Shown: positions 29,679 to 41,219, numbered from the stretch's first letter. The stretch: 64,000 nt of DNA from Promethearchaeota archaeon (GCA_048937405.1 JBHLNF010000009.1:1-64000), one strand, 5' to 3'. The notes: a model not told the origin generated them from the sequence alone. Numbers and translations: made by a program.

Positions 29679-30107
29679 CTCTTAATTTTTAATTGTGAAT
29701 TAAAAATTTTATTAATAAAGCAAAGAATTGAATATATAAGTATTCCTCTTATAAATTGAAAAAATTAATTTTGTTTTTTTATCTATTTTAACAAATTTAT
29801 TGATATTACATAAATTAATGTAAATTCTGTAAAATTGAATGATATCAATAAATAATATTTTTTACACAATAATTAATTTCACTGTTGAGATTATATTATT
29901 ATCTGCTTTATCCTCAAGGAATCATATCTAGAAATAATTTGAAAAATAAACTTCTATTTTTTATTTCCTCCACTATAAAAAGAAATATAAGTATTTTTGA
30001 AATGTTATAATGAGCTATATTCCATTTGAAATAATAAATTCTTATTATAGGATGTATTAAAAGTAAAATGAGTAATTATCGTTTCTCACAGAAAGAATGA
30101 ATTTTTT

Positions 30108-31223
30108 CTATATGGTATTTCTAAGAAACTTTAGAGAAGTTAAAATATCATCTTCACCTATATAGCCAATGATTTTATTTTGTTTATTCTCTTTAACAAT
30201 TACTAAATGTGGTCTATCTTTCATTTGCTTTAATTCAATTAAAGCATCCTTTCCTGTTTTATTCTGACTAATTGTAGGGAATTGAGATATTTTTTTCATT
30301 AAATATCCAACAATTATGTCATCCCTCTGAGTTATCGGAACTTTTTTTATATCTTCAAGATGTATAATTCCAACTATATTTCCTCCCTGTATAACAGGAA
30401 AGTATACTTTATTATATGGAATAAAATAATTCCTAATTGCCTCACCTACAGTTTTATTAAATGGAATTGCGACCTTGGGAATTCTTATCAACTCTTTTAC
30501 ACTTAGTTTGGATAAAGTAAATTCATTTAAAGTTTGAATATAAGCCTGTCTTGACTGATTATTTAAAAATGAGGCAATAATTACTAACCATAGACCATTT
30601 AATAAACCAAAGAATAGCATTGATATAAATCCATAACCCATTAAGCCATATGCAATATAATTTCCAACTTTTGAAGCTGTTTTCGTAGCAGAGAGCATAT
30701 CATGTCTTTTATTCCACAATATTGCTCGTAAAACCCTTCCTCCATCAATAGGATATGCCGGAATTATATTAAATAATCCTAATCCAATATTAGTTATTCC
30801 AGAATAGAAAAGAGTAACCTTAAGAATAAGATTAATATTAGATGGTATTAAAAATAAAATAGTTAATAAAATAGCACCAATCAATAAACTTGAGATAGGG
30901 CCAAAAATAGAAATTATCAACTCACTCTTTGGATTCTTAGGCTCCTGTTCTATTTTAGAAACTCCGCCAAATAGATACAATTCAATTTCTGAAACCTTTA
31001 ATCCATATTTTTGAGCAATTAAAGAATGTGTTAACTCATGAATTAGAATTGAGAATAATATAATTATCCCATTGATTAAACCAACTATTATTAAATCAAA
31101 AATATTACTTTCTCGAGCTAAGGCAGCATAAAAATCAGCCGTATAAAAACCTACTAACCCTATAATAAGTAATGTACTTATATGTAATGAAATTACAATT
31201 CCTTTTATTTTTCCAATTTTCAT
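30108..31223 (-). CDS. Site-2 protease (M50) with CBS pair
   Basis: HELTH, LFGGVS, NIIPAYPIDGG, two C-terminal CBS domains. Confidence 0.92.
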   Translation of the reverse strand: MKIGKIKGIVISLHISTLLIIGLVGFYTADFYAALARESNIFDLIIVGLINGIIILFSILIHELTHSLIAQKYGLKVSEIELYLFGGVSKIEQEPKNPKSELIISIFGPISSLLIGAILLTILFLIPSNINLILKVTLFYSGITNIGLGLFNIIPAYPIDGGRVLRAILWNKRHDMLSATKTASKVGNYIAYGLMGYGFISMLFFGLLNGLWLVIIASFLNNQSRQAYIQTLNEFTLSKLSVKELIRIPKVAIPFNKTVGEAIRNYFIPYNKVYFPVIQGGNIVGIIHLEDIKKVPITQRDDIIVGYLMKKISQFPTISQNKTGKDALIELKQMKDRPHLVIVKENKQNKIIGYIGEDDILTSLKFLRNTI

Positions 31224-31325
31224 TTAAAATACACTCTCAATTTAATATTTATTCATTCTATTTAAATAAACGCCAGAATTCTTACTTTTATTCTCATTAT
31301 TATTCTAATCGTTCAATTATTAAAT

Positions 31326-31784
31326 TTATCTTACTATTAATACATCACAATTCGCATTGTTAATCACCTTATTTGGTTTAGTCCCTAAAAACACACGCTT
31401 TAGTTTTGAATGTTTTCCCTTACATCCTAATATTACCAAATCAAAATTTTCCTCTGATACTCCCTTAAGAATATAATCCTCAGAAGGAATATCAAAAATT
31501 AATCTTGTTCGAATTTCTTTGCCAACCTTCTTAAAAATTTTTTCAACTTTTTTTAAAATGTTTTTACCTTGGTTTACGTTATCTTCATGAATTATTAACG
31601 ATACTGAAGGATTTGATATCCTTACGAGTGAAAAACTCGGACTTATTTCAGCTAAATCGTGGATAAAAGAGTGAAAAATAATTACTTCACTATCCTTTCT
31701 TTCTTTAAATTCTAAAGCTTTATTAACAGTTTCCATTGCATCCTCTGATTCATCAACACCTACTAAAATTTTATTATACAACAT
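31326..31784 (-). CDS. Universal stress protein
   Basis: YNKILVGVDES, DLVILGCKG, FLGT, ANCDVLIVR. Confidence 0.92.
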   Translation of the reverse strand: MLYNKILVGVDESEDAMETVNKALEFKERKDSEVIIFHSFIHDLAEISPSFSLVRISNPSVSLIIHEDNVNQGKNILKKVEKIFKKVGKEIRTRLIFDIPSEDYILKGVSEENFDLVILGCKGKHSKLKRVFLGTKPNKVINNANCDVLIVR

Positions 31785-32174
31785 ATATCAGCTTCTCTCA
31801 ATATCGTTTCTTGATCATTATAGAATTAAAATGGTTGATAAACATACTCTTTACAAATTATAAAGAAAACTACTGCCATGTTAACATTGTATAAACCAAA
31901 GTGTCATTTTTTCTAGATTTTTAATCTCAAATTAGACTTTAAATAATATGAATTAAGATTAACAAAAATTTGTTGAAATTTTTATACTGAAATTAAAATT
32001 CAATTAAAAATTGAATATTTATCCTTAAATTTCTTAAACTAGAAAAGATATTATTATAAAATAATTATTTAATCTTTCTTTAAATTGCATTTTTTTTAAT
32101 CAAATCTAAGCCTATCAGATAGTAGCAAACAAAAATGAAATTAAAAAAATAATAATTCCTAATGTTATAATTAT

Positions 32175-33914
32175 ATGTTAAAAAAAAAAATAATTTGGAA
32201 ACATCATTGGTTTTTAATATCTTCAATTATATTTTTTATAATTTCTGTAAGTTCTTTATTTGCTTTAAGATCTGAAAGTTATATATTTTATGAGAGAATA
32301 GATTTTAAATCATATAATAACACTCTTTATGCAAATCTTTACCATCCGACCAAAAAATTGCATTTTCAGCAAAAATCCCCATTGATAATCTTTGCTCATG
32401 GATTAGGTGGTCAAAGAGACTTAGATCCGAGAGTAACCAATGAATTTACTAAAAGGGGATTTTATGTTGCAAGTATTGACTATAGAGGCGAGGGAGAAAG
32501 TGGGGGTCACATTTTGGATATAAATCCAAATCCTTACATGAACCATACGAATATTCCTGCTATAGCTCAAGATTGTTCTAGATTATTAGATAAGTTATCA
32601 CAAATGTCTTTTTTTTCAAAGATAAATATATCTCAAATTGGATTAATTGGACATTCATTAGGGGGTATGGTGGCTTTAATGAATAGCGCATTGGATGATA
32701 GGTTTAAGGCAACCGTTACTTGGGCAGGTCTGGTTAATTTTTCTGCTTCTTTTTTTGGAATTACTGAAGATCATCTATTTATGAATTTTATACCCGTTAA
32801 AATCATTAATGAAAGTAATCCAACTAATTTATTGGTTATTCAATCCATTTATGATACCACAGTTCCCTTTGAAAATAATGCTTTAGTTGCGAAAAACTTA
32901 ACAAATTGTAAATTATTAGAAATTAAAAAACATTTGTTTGGAGGCCCCCATTATTTGTTTTCAGATGAGGTTATTCGTGAAACAATAAAATGGTTTGAAT
33001 TAACCTTTTTCCATTCTGAAACGATTAATGGACCCATTCGCTTAACTTATCTTATAAATTACATTTTACTCGGTTTCAGCTTTATAGGATTATTTTTAAC
33101 AACCTTATCTATCATAAAGTTTTCATTTAAATATTTTTCAATTAAAGATTATTCCAAAAGTGATATTAAAGTAAAGAACAGAGATAAATCAAAAAAATAT
33201 TCAAATAGAAAGGATATTATTAAAGTGTGTTTATGCTTTATAGGTTTTCTAACTCTTTGGATAACAATGTTAAAAATTATAGGAGTAATTGGTCTACTTA
33301 TTTCTCCTATGATTATCCTCTTATTGTATTTTCTATATATAATAATGAAATATATAATTACTGCTGAAATTAAGGGAGAAAAAATAACTACTTACATAGA
33401 ATTAAGATTGAAAGATGAAATTAAATCACAGTTTCATAAAAATGTTATTTTTTATTCATTATTTACCTCTTCTGTATTTTTATTACTTTATCTTGCTCTT
33501 TCATTTTCCTATCCTTTTGCCTTTTTTTCTCCAAGAAATTTTTTGTCATATATTTTAACTTTTAGTATTTACCCCTTTTATTTATCCATGGAAATCTTTT
33601 ATAGAAAGATTATATATCCAAATCTCAAATTCATAAAATCTGCATCGAATAGAACAATAATCACATCTTTAATGGAACTGATTAATGTTGTTGTTTTAAT
33701 ATATTTTTCTAATACTTTATTTCTTATCAGCGGGATGCTTGTTACTTATTTAATGTTTTTAGCAGTTATGGTTATGAACTCAATTATTTATGAAAGAACT
33801 AATAAATTTAGTTCTGTTCTGATAAGTTCTTTTATAATTATTCAAATATTTTTTGGCTCAGTAGTCTCAACGATATTAGGATTTGGCTCTATTGTACGTT
33901 TACTTCATATTTAA
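32175..33914 (+). CDS. Membrane-anchored alpha/beta hydrolase with multi-TM C-terminus
   Basis: AHGLGG, DYRGEGES, GHSLGG, DTTVP, several C-terminal TM helices. Confidence 0.8.
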   Translation: MLKKKIIWKHHWFLISSIIFFIISVSSLFALRSESYIFYERIDFKSYNNTLYANLYHPTKKLHFQQKSPLIIFAHGLGGQRDLDPRVTNEFTKRGFYVASIDYRGEGESGGHILDINPNPYMNHTNIPAIAQDCSRLLDKLSQMSFFSKINISQIGLIGHSLGGMVALMNSALDDRFKATVTWAGLVNFSASFFGITEDHLFMNFIPVKIINESNPTNLLVIQSIYDTTVPFENNALVAKNLTNCKLLEIKKHLFGGPHYLFSDEVIRETIKWFELTFFHSETINGPIRLTYLINYILLGFSFIGLFLTTLSIIKFSFKYFSIKDYSKSDIKVKNRDKSKKYSNRKDIIKVCLCFIGFLTLWITMLKIIGVIGLLISPMIILLLYFLYIIMKYIITAEIKGEKITTYIELRLKDEIKSQFHKNVIFYSLFTSSVFLLLYLALSFSYPFAFFSPRNFLSYILTFSIYPFYLSMEIFYRKIIYPNLKFIKSASNRTIITSLMELINVVVLIYFSNTLFLISGMLVTYLMFLAVMVMNSIIYERTNKFSSVLISSFIIIQIFFGSVVSTILGFGSIVRLLHI

Positions 33915-33936
33915 AGAAAATTTAAAGTATATAGGG

Positions 33937-35217
33937 TCATTTAATCAATTTATTATAGTCTTTATCAAGTGATTGTATCAATAATCGAATAACCTTATAA
34001 GCATCCAAAAGTATTTGGGGATCTACTTTATCTGGTGTATCTTCAGCACTATGAGTATATTTTGCTGCAGCTCTAGTAGTGATATCAATAGAATCAAATT
34101 TTCGTAAATGGAATGGTATTGAATCTGTATGAGCGCCAAGAGAAACATGAAATCCATGATAATTCACTCTTTTAATTTCAGCTGAATTAATAAAATATTG
34201 ACTTAATATTGGTGAAATTTTTTTCCTTGGAACAATACCATAGGATTTGATATATTCTATAAAATTTCTCTTATTATTGGTTATTGAAACCATATCAAAA
34301 TTAATTTGATAAGTATATTTTTTCGTAAATTTTTTGTCAAACATATCTAAAAATTGTCTAGATCCCATTGTTCCTATCTCTTCTCCTGAAAATTGACAAA
34401 ACCATAAATTAAAATTATGAAGTGGAGATTTTTTAAAAAGCGAACTTAACTCAAATACAATTGACATTCCGGTAGCGTTATCCAAGGCACCTGGGGAATC
34501 ATTTTCTATATTAAGAAATAATAAAAAGGCATTTGAAACAACTGTTAGGATAGTTCCAGTAATAATAAAAATTTCCCATAAAATTTCTACAATTCTATTT
34601 ATTTGCTCATAGAAATGGTAATCTACTAAAAAGAAGATATAAAACAAAAATAAGAATATTTCACTATATAGCCATATCCTAATTATAATAACCCTCCATA
34701 TAGTTTTAAAAGATTGAGATTTCGAGTCTAAATGAGCTGAAACTATTATATCTCCCACTTTTTGAGATAAATCATTAGTAGCGGGAATTTTTACAAAAAC
34801 ATTTGTAGCTTTTATGAAATTTCCAAAATGCTTTTCCCAAAATCCCCTAAGTTCAGGATGCCTCAATACTTTAAGCATTGAAAGAAAAATTAATAATAAA
34901 ATCAAGATAGAAAAAAAAGTTAGAAAGGGATACAAATATTTTATGAGAAAAATAGTTGCTATAAAGATTAAATTCATTAGAATAATTATTTTCATCATAG
35001 TTATTGAATAAAATGTTGAGAATTCAAAATTTTGTGTAAATATTTCGTTTTCATTGAAATCTTTTTCTCTGAAAGTTTTTATTGTTAAATTAACAGCTTT
35101 TTCTTCTCCTTCAGTTCCAGCTAATCTGGGAAAGCTAAACTTATTTATATAATCGAGAAATCTTTCTTTGTTTAGACCAGAGTTCTCTTGAGATTCTTTA
35201 TTATTAATCATGATCAA
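33937..35217 (-). CDS. Membrane M28-family metallopeptidase
   Basis: PRLAGT, AHLDS, GALDNATG, GEEIG, NFDM, HSAEDT; ATG at 35211 is an alternative start. Confidence 0.85.
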   Translation of the reverse strand: MIMINNKESQENSGLNKERFLDYINKFSFPRLAGTEGEEKAVNLTIKTFREKDFNENEIFTQNFEFSTFYSITMMKIIILMNLIFIATIFLIKYLYPFLTFFSILILLLIFLSMLKVLRHPELRGFWEKHFGNFIKATNVFVKIPATNDLSQKVGDIIVSAHLDSKSQSFKTIWRVIIIRIWLYSEIFLFLFYIFFLVDYHFYEQINRIVEILWEIFIITGTILTVVSNAFLLFLNIENDSPGALDNATGMSIVFELSSLFKKSPLHNFNLWFCQFSGEEIGTMGSRQFLDMFDKKFTKKYTYQINFDMVSITNNKRNFIEYIKSYGIVPRKKISPILSQYFINSAEIKRVNYHGFHVSLGAHTDSIPFHLRKFDSIDITTRAAAKYTHSAEDTPDKVDPQILLDAYKVIRLLIQSLDKDYNKLIK

Positions 35218-35332
35218 TTTATTCCATTCCTATAATACTTAATATTTATTATTTTTTTTTAAAAAATTATAAACAATATTCTTTAATAGATGTTTATTTG
35301 GTTTTAGTAATAAAAGTTCAATAAGGTGATCT

Positions 35333-35809
35333 ATTATCTATAAAAAAATATTAATTGGTATTGATGGATCAGAACATTCTTATAAAGCTTTATTAAAGTC
35401 AATGGATATTCAAAAATCAAGTAATTGTGAAGTGATTGTATTTCATTCAGTAGAACATCATGCAGAACCTAGTGGAATGTTTATGTCACCATCATTTAGC
35501 ATACCTCATATCCACAGTATTTCAGATCCTGATATACAAAGAATAAAAGAAGTTTATGAATTAAATGCTCAAGCTATTATAGATAGAGCTAAAGAAATCT
35601 TTATAGAAGAAGGAATACAAATTGAAGGTAGGTTAATTTTTTCAGATGGACCAGTATCCTACATTAAAAAAATGGTAAAGGAAGAAAATATTGATCTCGT
35701 TATTATTGGGAGCAAAGGTACTCATTCCCTTCTAGAAGAACTATTACTTGGTTCTGTTACAGAGAAAGTCTTAAGATATATTCCTTGTGATATCCTAATT
35801 GTTAGATGA
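35333..35809 (+). CDS. Universal stress protein (N-terminus extended; non-canonical ATT/ATC start)
   Basis: In-frame IIYKKILIGIDGSEHSYKALLKS precedes ATG 35402; in-frame TGA at 35327; SD AGGTGA 35324-35329. Confidence 0.85.
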   Translation: MIYKKILIGIDGSEHSYKALLKSMDIQKSSNCEVIVFHSVEHHAEPSGMFMSPSFSIPHIHSISDPDIQRIKEVYELNAQAIIDRAKEIFIEEGIQIEGRLIFSDGPVSYIKKMVKEENIDLVIIGSKGTHSLLEELLLGSVTEKVLRYIPCDILIVR

Positions 35810-35974
35810 TTTTCTTTATTTAGACAAAATTTCTTCTGAGATCCTTTATCAGTCATGTTCAATTTATTTCATTCTTGTATTACTATATACTTATCTTTTT
35901 TTTTAAAATTATTAACAATATATTTATATAGATAATTATTAGGTTTTAATAATATAGGTTCAATTAGGTGGTTT

Positions 35975-36454
35975 ATTATATATAATAAAATAATAATTGG
36001 TGTTGATGGTTCGGAACATTCGTATAAAGCTTTATTAAAAGCAAAAGATCTTCAAAAATTAAAAAAAAGTGAAGTAATTGTGTTTCATTCAATAGAACAT
36101 TATGCTGAACTGACAGGTGGTATCTCTTACGCACCACCGTATGGAATTCATCAAGGTAATAGTGTTTCAAATCCAGAATTAGAAAGAATTAAAGAAACCT
36201 ATGAAAAAACTGCCCAAAAAATTATGAATAAAGCTAGAGAAATTTTCTTGGAAGTAGGAATAGAAGTAGAAACACGAATAGTTTATGATTATGATCCCGT
36301 TTCTTATATTAAAGAGATGGTAAAGAAAGAACATGTTGATCTTGTTATAATTGGTAGTAAAGGTACCCATTCTCTTCTTACAGGAATTTTACTTGGTTCT
36401 GTTGCAGAGAAGGTTTTAAGACACGTTCCTTGTGATATCCTAATTATTAGATAA
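35975..36454 (+). CDS. Universal stress protein, tandem duplicate (non-canonical ATT/ATA start)
   Basis: In-frame IIYNKIIIGVDGSEHSYKALLKA precedes GTG 36080; in-frame TAA at 35933 with no ATG/GTG/TTG between; SD AGGTGG 35966-35971. Confidence 0.85.
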   Translation: MIYNKIIIGVDGSEHSYKALLKAKDLQKLKKSEVIVFHSIEHYAELTGGISYAPPYGIHQGNSVSNPELERIKETYEKTAQKIMNKAREIFLEVGIEVETRIVYDYDPVSYIKEMVKKEHVDLVIIGSKGTHSLLTGILLGSVAEKVLRHVPCDILIIR

Positions 36455-36548
36455 TCTTTTTTAATCTCTTTTTTACTTTTGATGAAACTTTTTTAGGAGT
36501 TGTTTTAACTAAATGGATTAAAAATTATTAAAAAAAAAAAATATGAAA

Positions 36549-39011
36549 TCATTTTCTTATTTTTGCATCTCGTCTATTTAACAATTTAATCGTTGCAACC
36601 TTTAAAAAATTATTACCAAAAAAAGCAGCAAAAGCAAACACCCAAATAAAACCTGCTAAAGCCCAACCTATTGGTGACATAAAAATTCCTACGGCAGCAA
36701 ATATAGTTGCAACCACTTGAGTTGATTCACAGGCAATTAAGAGGATTTTTGAGGGAAAAGGTCGTTTCCAAAAGTTATCTTCATCTGTTCTAGTTAAGTA
36801 TATTGTCATATGACCCGCTACTGTTAATTTCAAGAATATAAATGTCTGAAGAGTCGCAGTACTAAGTAGAAATACAAATCTTCCAATAATAAAGATAGAA
36901 AAACTAAAAGCAACTCCAGCGAGGCCTAAAACAGATGATAAAATCAAAACTCTTTGCATTCTCCATCTAACTGGTTCTGGAGCTATTCTTGTATTATCAA
37001 AAGCAATAGTCATTATTGGTATATCATTTAATAATGCTAAGATCACGATCATAATGGCTGTAATTGGGTAAAAGGCAAAAATTGTGATAGAAAGAACTAA
37101 AAAAATGAGCACTCGAACAGTTTCTGCGATTCTATATACAGCATAACTTTTCATTCTTTCAAATATCGATCGACTTTCTTTTGTAGCATTTATAATCACT
37201 GAGATACCTGGATCGGTCAATACAATATCGGCTGCAGATTTTGCGGCATCTGTTGCATTAGAGACGGCTATCCCAATATCTGCTTTTTTTAAAGCAGGAG
37301 CATCATTTACCCCATCTCCTGTCATTCCAACAACATGGTCTTTATCTTGTAAAAGCTCTACAATATGGTATTTATGTTCCGGATATACTTCAGCAAATCC
37401 ATCAGCATTCTCAACTAAGCTTATTGTTTTAGGATCATCTTTACCTATAATATCTGAAGATACCACAATATTAGTTCCAATTCCTAGATTTCCTGCTATC
37501 TGTTTTGCAATTTCTATATGATCACCTGTTACCATTTTGACATTTATTCCTAATGATCTTGCCGTTTTTATAGTATCAAATGAATCTTCTCTAGGCGGAT
37601 CATGAAGTGCTACAATTCCAATGTATTCCCATACACTTTGATCTTTAGAGATTGCTACACCTAGGGCTCGATATCCCTCTGATGCAAAATCTTTACCTAG
37701 ATTATTAATTTTGGTTTGAAGGGTTTGATCTGCCTTTATTAAAGATATAATTACTTGAATTGCACCCTTTGAAACTAGAAGTACTTTATCATCTTTATTT
37801 TTTATTTTCGCTTCAGTTCTTTTTGTGACTGGATCGAAAGGTTTGAAAGTCATCAATCGATAATTTGAAAAATTTGAATTAATTTCGGTATTTTCCTTTA
37901 TTTTATTAAAAAATGCATCATCAATTGGATCTCTACTTTCTTCTTTCGATGCTAAACCTCCATAAAGAATTACATCATTTTCTGAATAATTATTAAATGG
38001 TATGATTTCAGCTATAGATATTTCATTCTTTGTAAGAGTCCCCGTTTTATCACTGCATAGAACATCAACACTAGCTGCTTCTTCAATTGAAAGCAATTTA
38101 CTTACAATCGCTTTCTTTTTAGCTAATTCCATAGCTCCTACGGCCATTGAAACCATCATAACGGCAGGTAAGGCCACTGGAATTGCTGCTACTATTAAAA
38201 CTAATGCAAATTGAAGTAAATTTAAAAAACTTTCAGCTCTCACAAGCCCAACAATCATAACTATTGCTACAAGTATAACTGCAATAATTATAAGATAATT
38301 ACCAATCTTAATAATAGCTTGTTGAAAGTGGCTCCCTGTCTTTGCCTCTTCAACTAATTTTGTTGTTTTTCCAAAAAATGTATTTAATCCTGTTCCAACA
38401 ACCACACCATCCATTTCTCCTTGACGAATAATAGCCCCTTGATATCCCATATCTGAAATTTTTTTATTAACTGGCAAAGATTCACCTGTTAAAACAGATT
38501 CATCTACTGTGAGATATTCTCCATCAATTAATTTTACATCTGCAGGTATAATATCACCTAACCTCAGATGTACTATATCCCCTGGCACTAATACTTTTGC
38601 ATCTAGTTCAATCCATTTTCCATCTCGAAGAACTTTAGCTCTAAGAGCAAGCTTTTCTTTTAATAATTCTATGGCATTATCTGCTTTATTTTCTTCCCAA
38701 AAACGTACAATGCTATTAATAAAAAGCATCGCAAGAATTATAGCAAAATCATCCCATTGTTGTATAAAAATAGATAGTAAAGCAGCAACCTCAATCATCC
38801 AGGGAATAGGCCCCCAAAAGTTTTTTATAAATTTAACCCAGGGACGAACTTTTTTCTCAGGAATTTCATTATAGCCATATTCTTCTAATCTAACTTTAAC
38901 CTCATTTTCACCAAGTCCTCTATTATTTGTTGAGAGTTTTGAATATACAACATCTATACTCATATTTTTTGCTTTTTCAGATGTCAATATTTCCATTGTC
39001 ATGTTATTCAT
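36549..39011 (-). CDS. P3A-type plasma-membrane H+-ATPase
   Basis: TGES, PVALPAV, DKTGTLT, FKPFDPV, KGA, DPPR, GDGVNDAPALKKAD, YRIAET, LLND. Confidence 0.93.
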   Translation of the reverse strand: MNNMTMEILTSEKAKNMSIDVVYSKLSTNNRGLGENEVKVRLEEYGYNEIPEKKVRPWVKFIKNFWGPIPWMIEVAALLSIFIQQWDDFAIILAMLFINSIVRFWEENKADNAIELLKEKLALRAKVLRDGKWIELDAKVLVPGDIVHLRLGDIIPADVKLIDGEYLTVDESVLTGESLPVNKKISDMGYQGAIIRQGEMDGVVVGTGLNTFFGKTTKLVEEAKTGSHFQQAIIKIGNYLIIIAVILVAIVMIVGLVRAESFLNLLQFALVLIVAAIPVALPAVMMVSMAVGAMELAKKKAIVSKLLSIEEAASVDVLCSDKTGTLTKNEISIAEIIPFNNYSENDVILYGGLASKEESRDPIDDAFFNKIKENTEINSNFSNYRLMTFKPFDPVTKRTEAKIKNKDDKVLLVSKGAIQVIISLIKADQTLQTKINNLGKDFASEGYRALGVAISKDQSVWEYIGIVALHDPPREDSFDTIKTARSLGINVKMVTGDHIEIAKQIAGNLGIGTNIVVSSDIIGKDDPKTISLVENADGFAEVYPEHKYHIVELLQDKDHVVGMTGDGVNDAPALKKADIGIAVSNATDAAKSAADIVLTDPGISVIINATKESRSIFERMKSYAVYRIAETVRVLIFLVLSITIFAFYPITAIMIVILALLNDIPIMTIAFDNTRIAPEPVRWRMQRVLILSSVLGLAGVAFSFSIFIIGRFVFLLSTATLQTFIFLKLTVAGHMTIYLTRTDEDNFWKRPFPSKILLIACESTQVVATIFAAVGIFMSPIGWALAGFIWVFAFAAFFGNNFLKVATIKLLNRRDAKIRK

Positions 39012-39215
39012 TCTATCGATTTTTGATTATTATTTAATTTTCATTCTTTGTCAAAAAGAAATTCAAAATTTTATTAAATAATAAATAAATTGGATTTTTA
39101 AACATATTATCTTAAATTTATAAATAAAAATTAAATTGAAATGTTTCTTCAGTACTTTTATAATGATTCTGTGTATTTTTCCTTTTAATGCAAAATAAAT
39201 TACTTTTTTAATCAA

Positions 39216-40925
39216 TTAATCAATTTTACTTTTCCATATTGGTTGTTTTATCAAATTATATGATTTCAAGGCATATTCTTCCATCATGCGATTTGTATTA
39301 AAATATGCACCCAACCTAATTGCATATTTCATTCTTTCTTGCCATTCATCTCTCCTATGATAAAATAGAGGTATTATTTCATTTTCTAATTTATTATACA
39401 TATCTTCAACATCTATAGAATCATCTACAATTTGTGCTTTTGGATCAGATGGTTCAGGGCCTATTGCCCATCCGGCTTTCTTATCAGACATAAAATAACC
39501 CTCTATCCACCAACCGTCTAATGTAGAAAAATTAAGTACACCATTAATTGACGCTTTCATACCACTTGTCCCACTTGCCTCTAAATATCTTCTAGGATTA
39601 TTTAACCATAAATCAACTCCACTCACTAATAATTTTGCTAGTGAAATCTCATAATTTTCTAAAAAGATAAGACCTATACCATATGAATTCCATAAATAAT
39701 CACTATATTCATTAATCTTTCTTATATAATCTTTAGATTGCAGATCTGCAGGATGTGCTTTTCCAGCAAAAATTAGTTGTGCTTTTTTCTTGATAATTTT
39801 GGCTAATCGTTCAAGGTCATTAAAAATTAATAGAGGCCGTTTGTATTCAGCTATTCTCCTACAAAAACCAATTGTTAACAAGTCTTTATCAAATAAAATC
39901 CAAGAATGTGAATTCTCATATTCAATAAGACTTCTTTTTGCTTTCTTATGTACTCTCCACAACTCATAGCTATCCAAACTCAAAGCGTTCTCAAAAACAT
40001 TTAAATTATGGTGCCAATCTCGAGTTAATTCTTCATTCAAAAAATCTCTCATATATGGTGATAACCAATACCCTACATGAATTCCATTTGTTATAGGATT
40101 AATTTCATAGTTTGGAAACATTTTTTTTGAGATTTCGGTGTGTTTTTTTGAAACAGCATTAATATAACCACTGGCATTTAAAGCTAGAATAGTCATATTT
40201 AGTTTGTTTTTTCCTCCAAAATCATGGATTTGATCTGGTAAACGATTTCGAAAGACATCATTTACTAGATTATAATCAAATTCCTCGAGTCCCGCCCTAA
40301 CTGGAGTATGAGTTGTAAATACACAATGTTTCTTTAAATCCTCCAGATTTTTATATTTTTTTAGAAGTTCAAAGACTAAAAAAGCAGCATGTCCTTCATT
40401 TAGATGATAGGTTTTTATGTTATGGTATCCTAATTTTTCTAACATTCTGTATCCACAAATGCCAAGAATCATCTCTTGAGCTATTCGTTGAAATGGATTC
40501 GCATCATACAACATATGTGTTAAATTTCTTTGCCATGGTTCATTTTCATTAAGATCAGTGTCCAATAATATAATTGGTATTTTATGCCCATTTCTACCTA
40601 TAACTTCATACTTCCATGCTTCAACCTTAATTAATTTATCTTGTAGTTCGAGAGTTACTTGTTGGTCAATTTTTTTAAAATCATTACTGAAATCCCATTC
40701 CATCTCTTTTTCAATTTGTTCTCCATTTGAACCAATCTGTTGATAGAAGTATCCGGCATCATATGTCAATGTGATAGCGATCATCGGTAACCCCATATCA
40801 GCAGCAGATCGAAGGGTATCTCCTGCTAAAATCCCCAAACCTCCAGAATAGATAGGTAAGCTACTCTCTAAAGCAATTTCCATAGAGAAATAAGCAATCT
40901 CTTGATCTTGATCATCATCATTCAT
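39216..40925 (-). CDS. glgP: Alpha-glucan (glycogen) phosphorylase
   Basis: YSGGLGILAGD, HLNEGH, TTHTP, EASGTSGMKA PLP motif. Confidence 0.94.
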   Translation of the reverse strand: MNDDDQDQEIAYFSMEIALESSLPIYSGGLGILAGDTLRSAADMGLPMIAITLTYDAGYFYQQIGSNGEQIEKEMEWDFSNDFKKIDQQVTLELQDKLIKVEAWKYEVIGRNGHKIPIILLDTDLNENEPWQRNLTHMLYDANPFQRIAQEMILGICGYRMLEKLGYHNIKTYHLNEGHAAFLVFELLKKYKNLEDLKKHCVFTTHTPVRAGLEEFDYNLVNDVFRNRLPDQIHDFGGKNKLNMTILALNASGYINAVSKKHTEISKKMFPNYEINPITNGIHVGYWLSPYMRDFLNEELTRDWHHNLNVFENALSLDSYELWRVHKKAKRSLIEYENSHSWILFDKDLLTIGFCRRIAEYKRPLLIFNDLERLAKIIKKKAQLIFAGKAHPADLQSKDYIRKINEYSDYLWNSYGIGLIFLENYEISLAKLLVSGVDLWLNNPRRYLEASGTSGMKASINGVLNFSTLDGWWIEGYFMSDKKAGWAIGPEPSDPKAQIVDDSIDVEDMYNKLENEIIPLFYHRRDEWQERMKYAIRLGAYFNTNRMMEEYALKSYNLIKQPIWKSKID

Positions 40926-41219
40926 TTTTAAATTACTCCTTAGTAGCAGTTAAAATTATAATGATTATTATTGTTATTAGCGTTATAAGGATATGCCTTA
41001 AAAAAAATTAGTTTTTTGAACTTTTCTTCAGCAGATTTTAAAAATAAGGATTTTAACCTTATTTATTACTATTAATCATTTAGATGCTCTAAAGCGACTT
41101 TTATGTCAAATTACATTATTAATTATTAGAGTAATTTGATTTTATAAAATTTTATACATAGCTTTATAAAGGCAATTATCTGAATGAGAATAAAACTAAA
41201 TTTGAGAATATTGTAAGAG

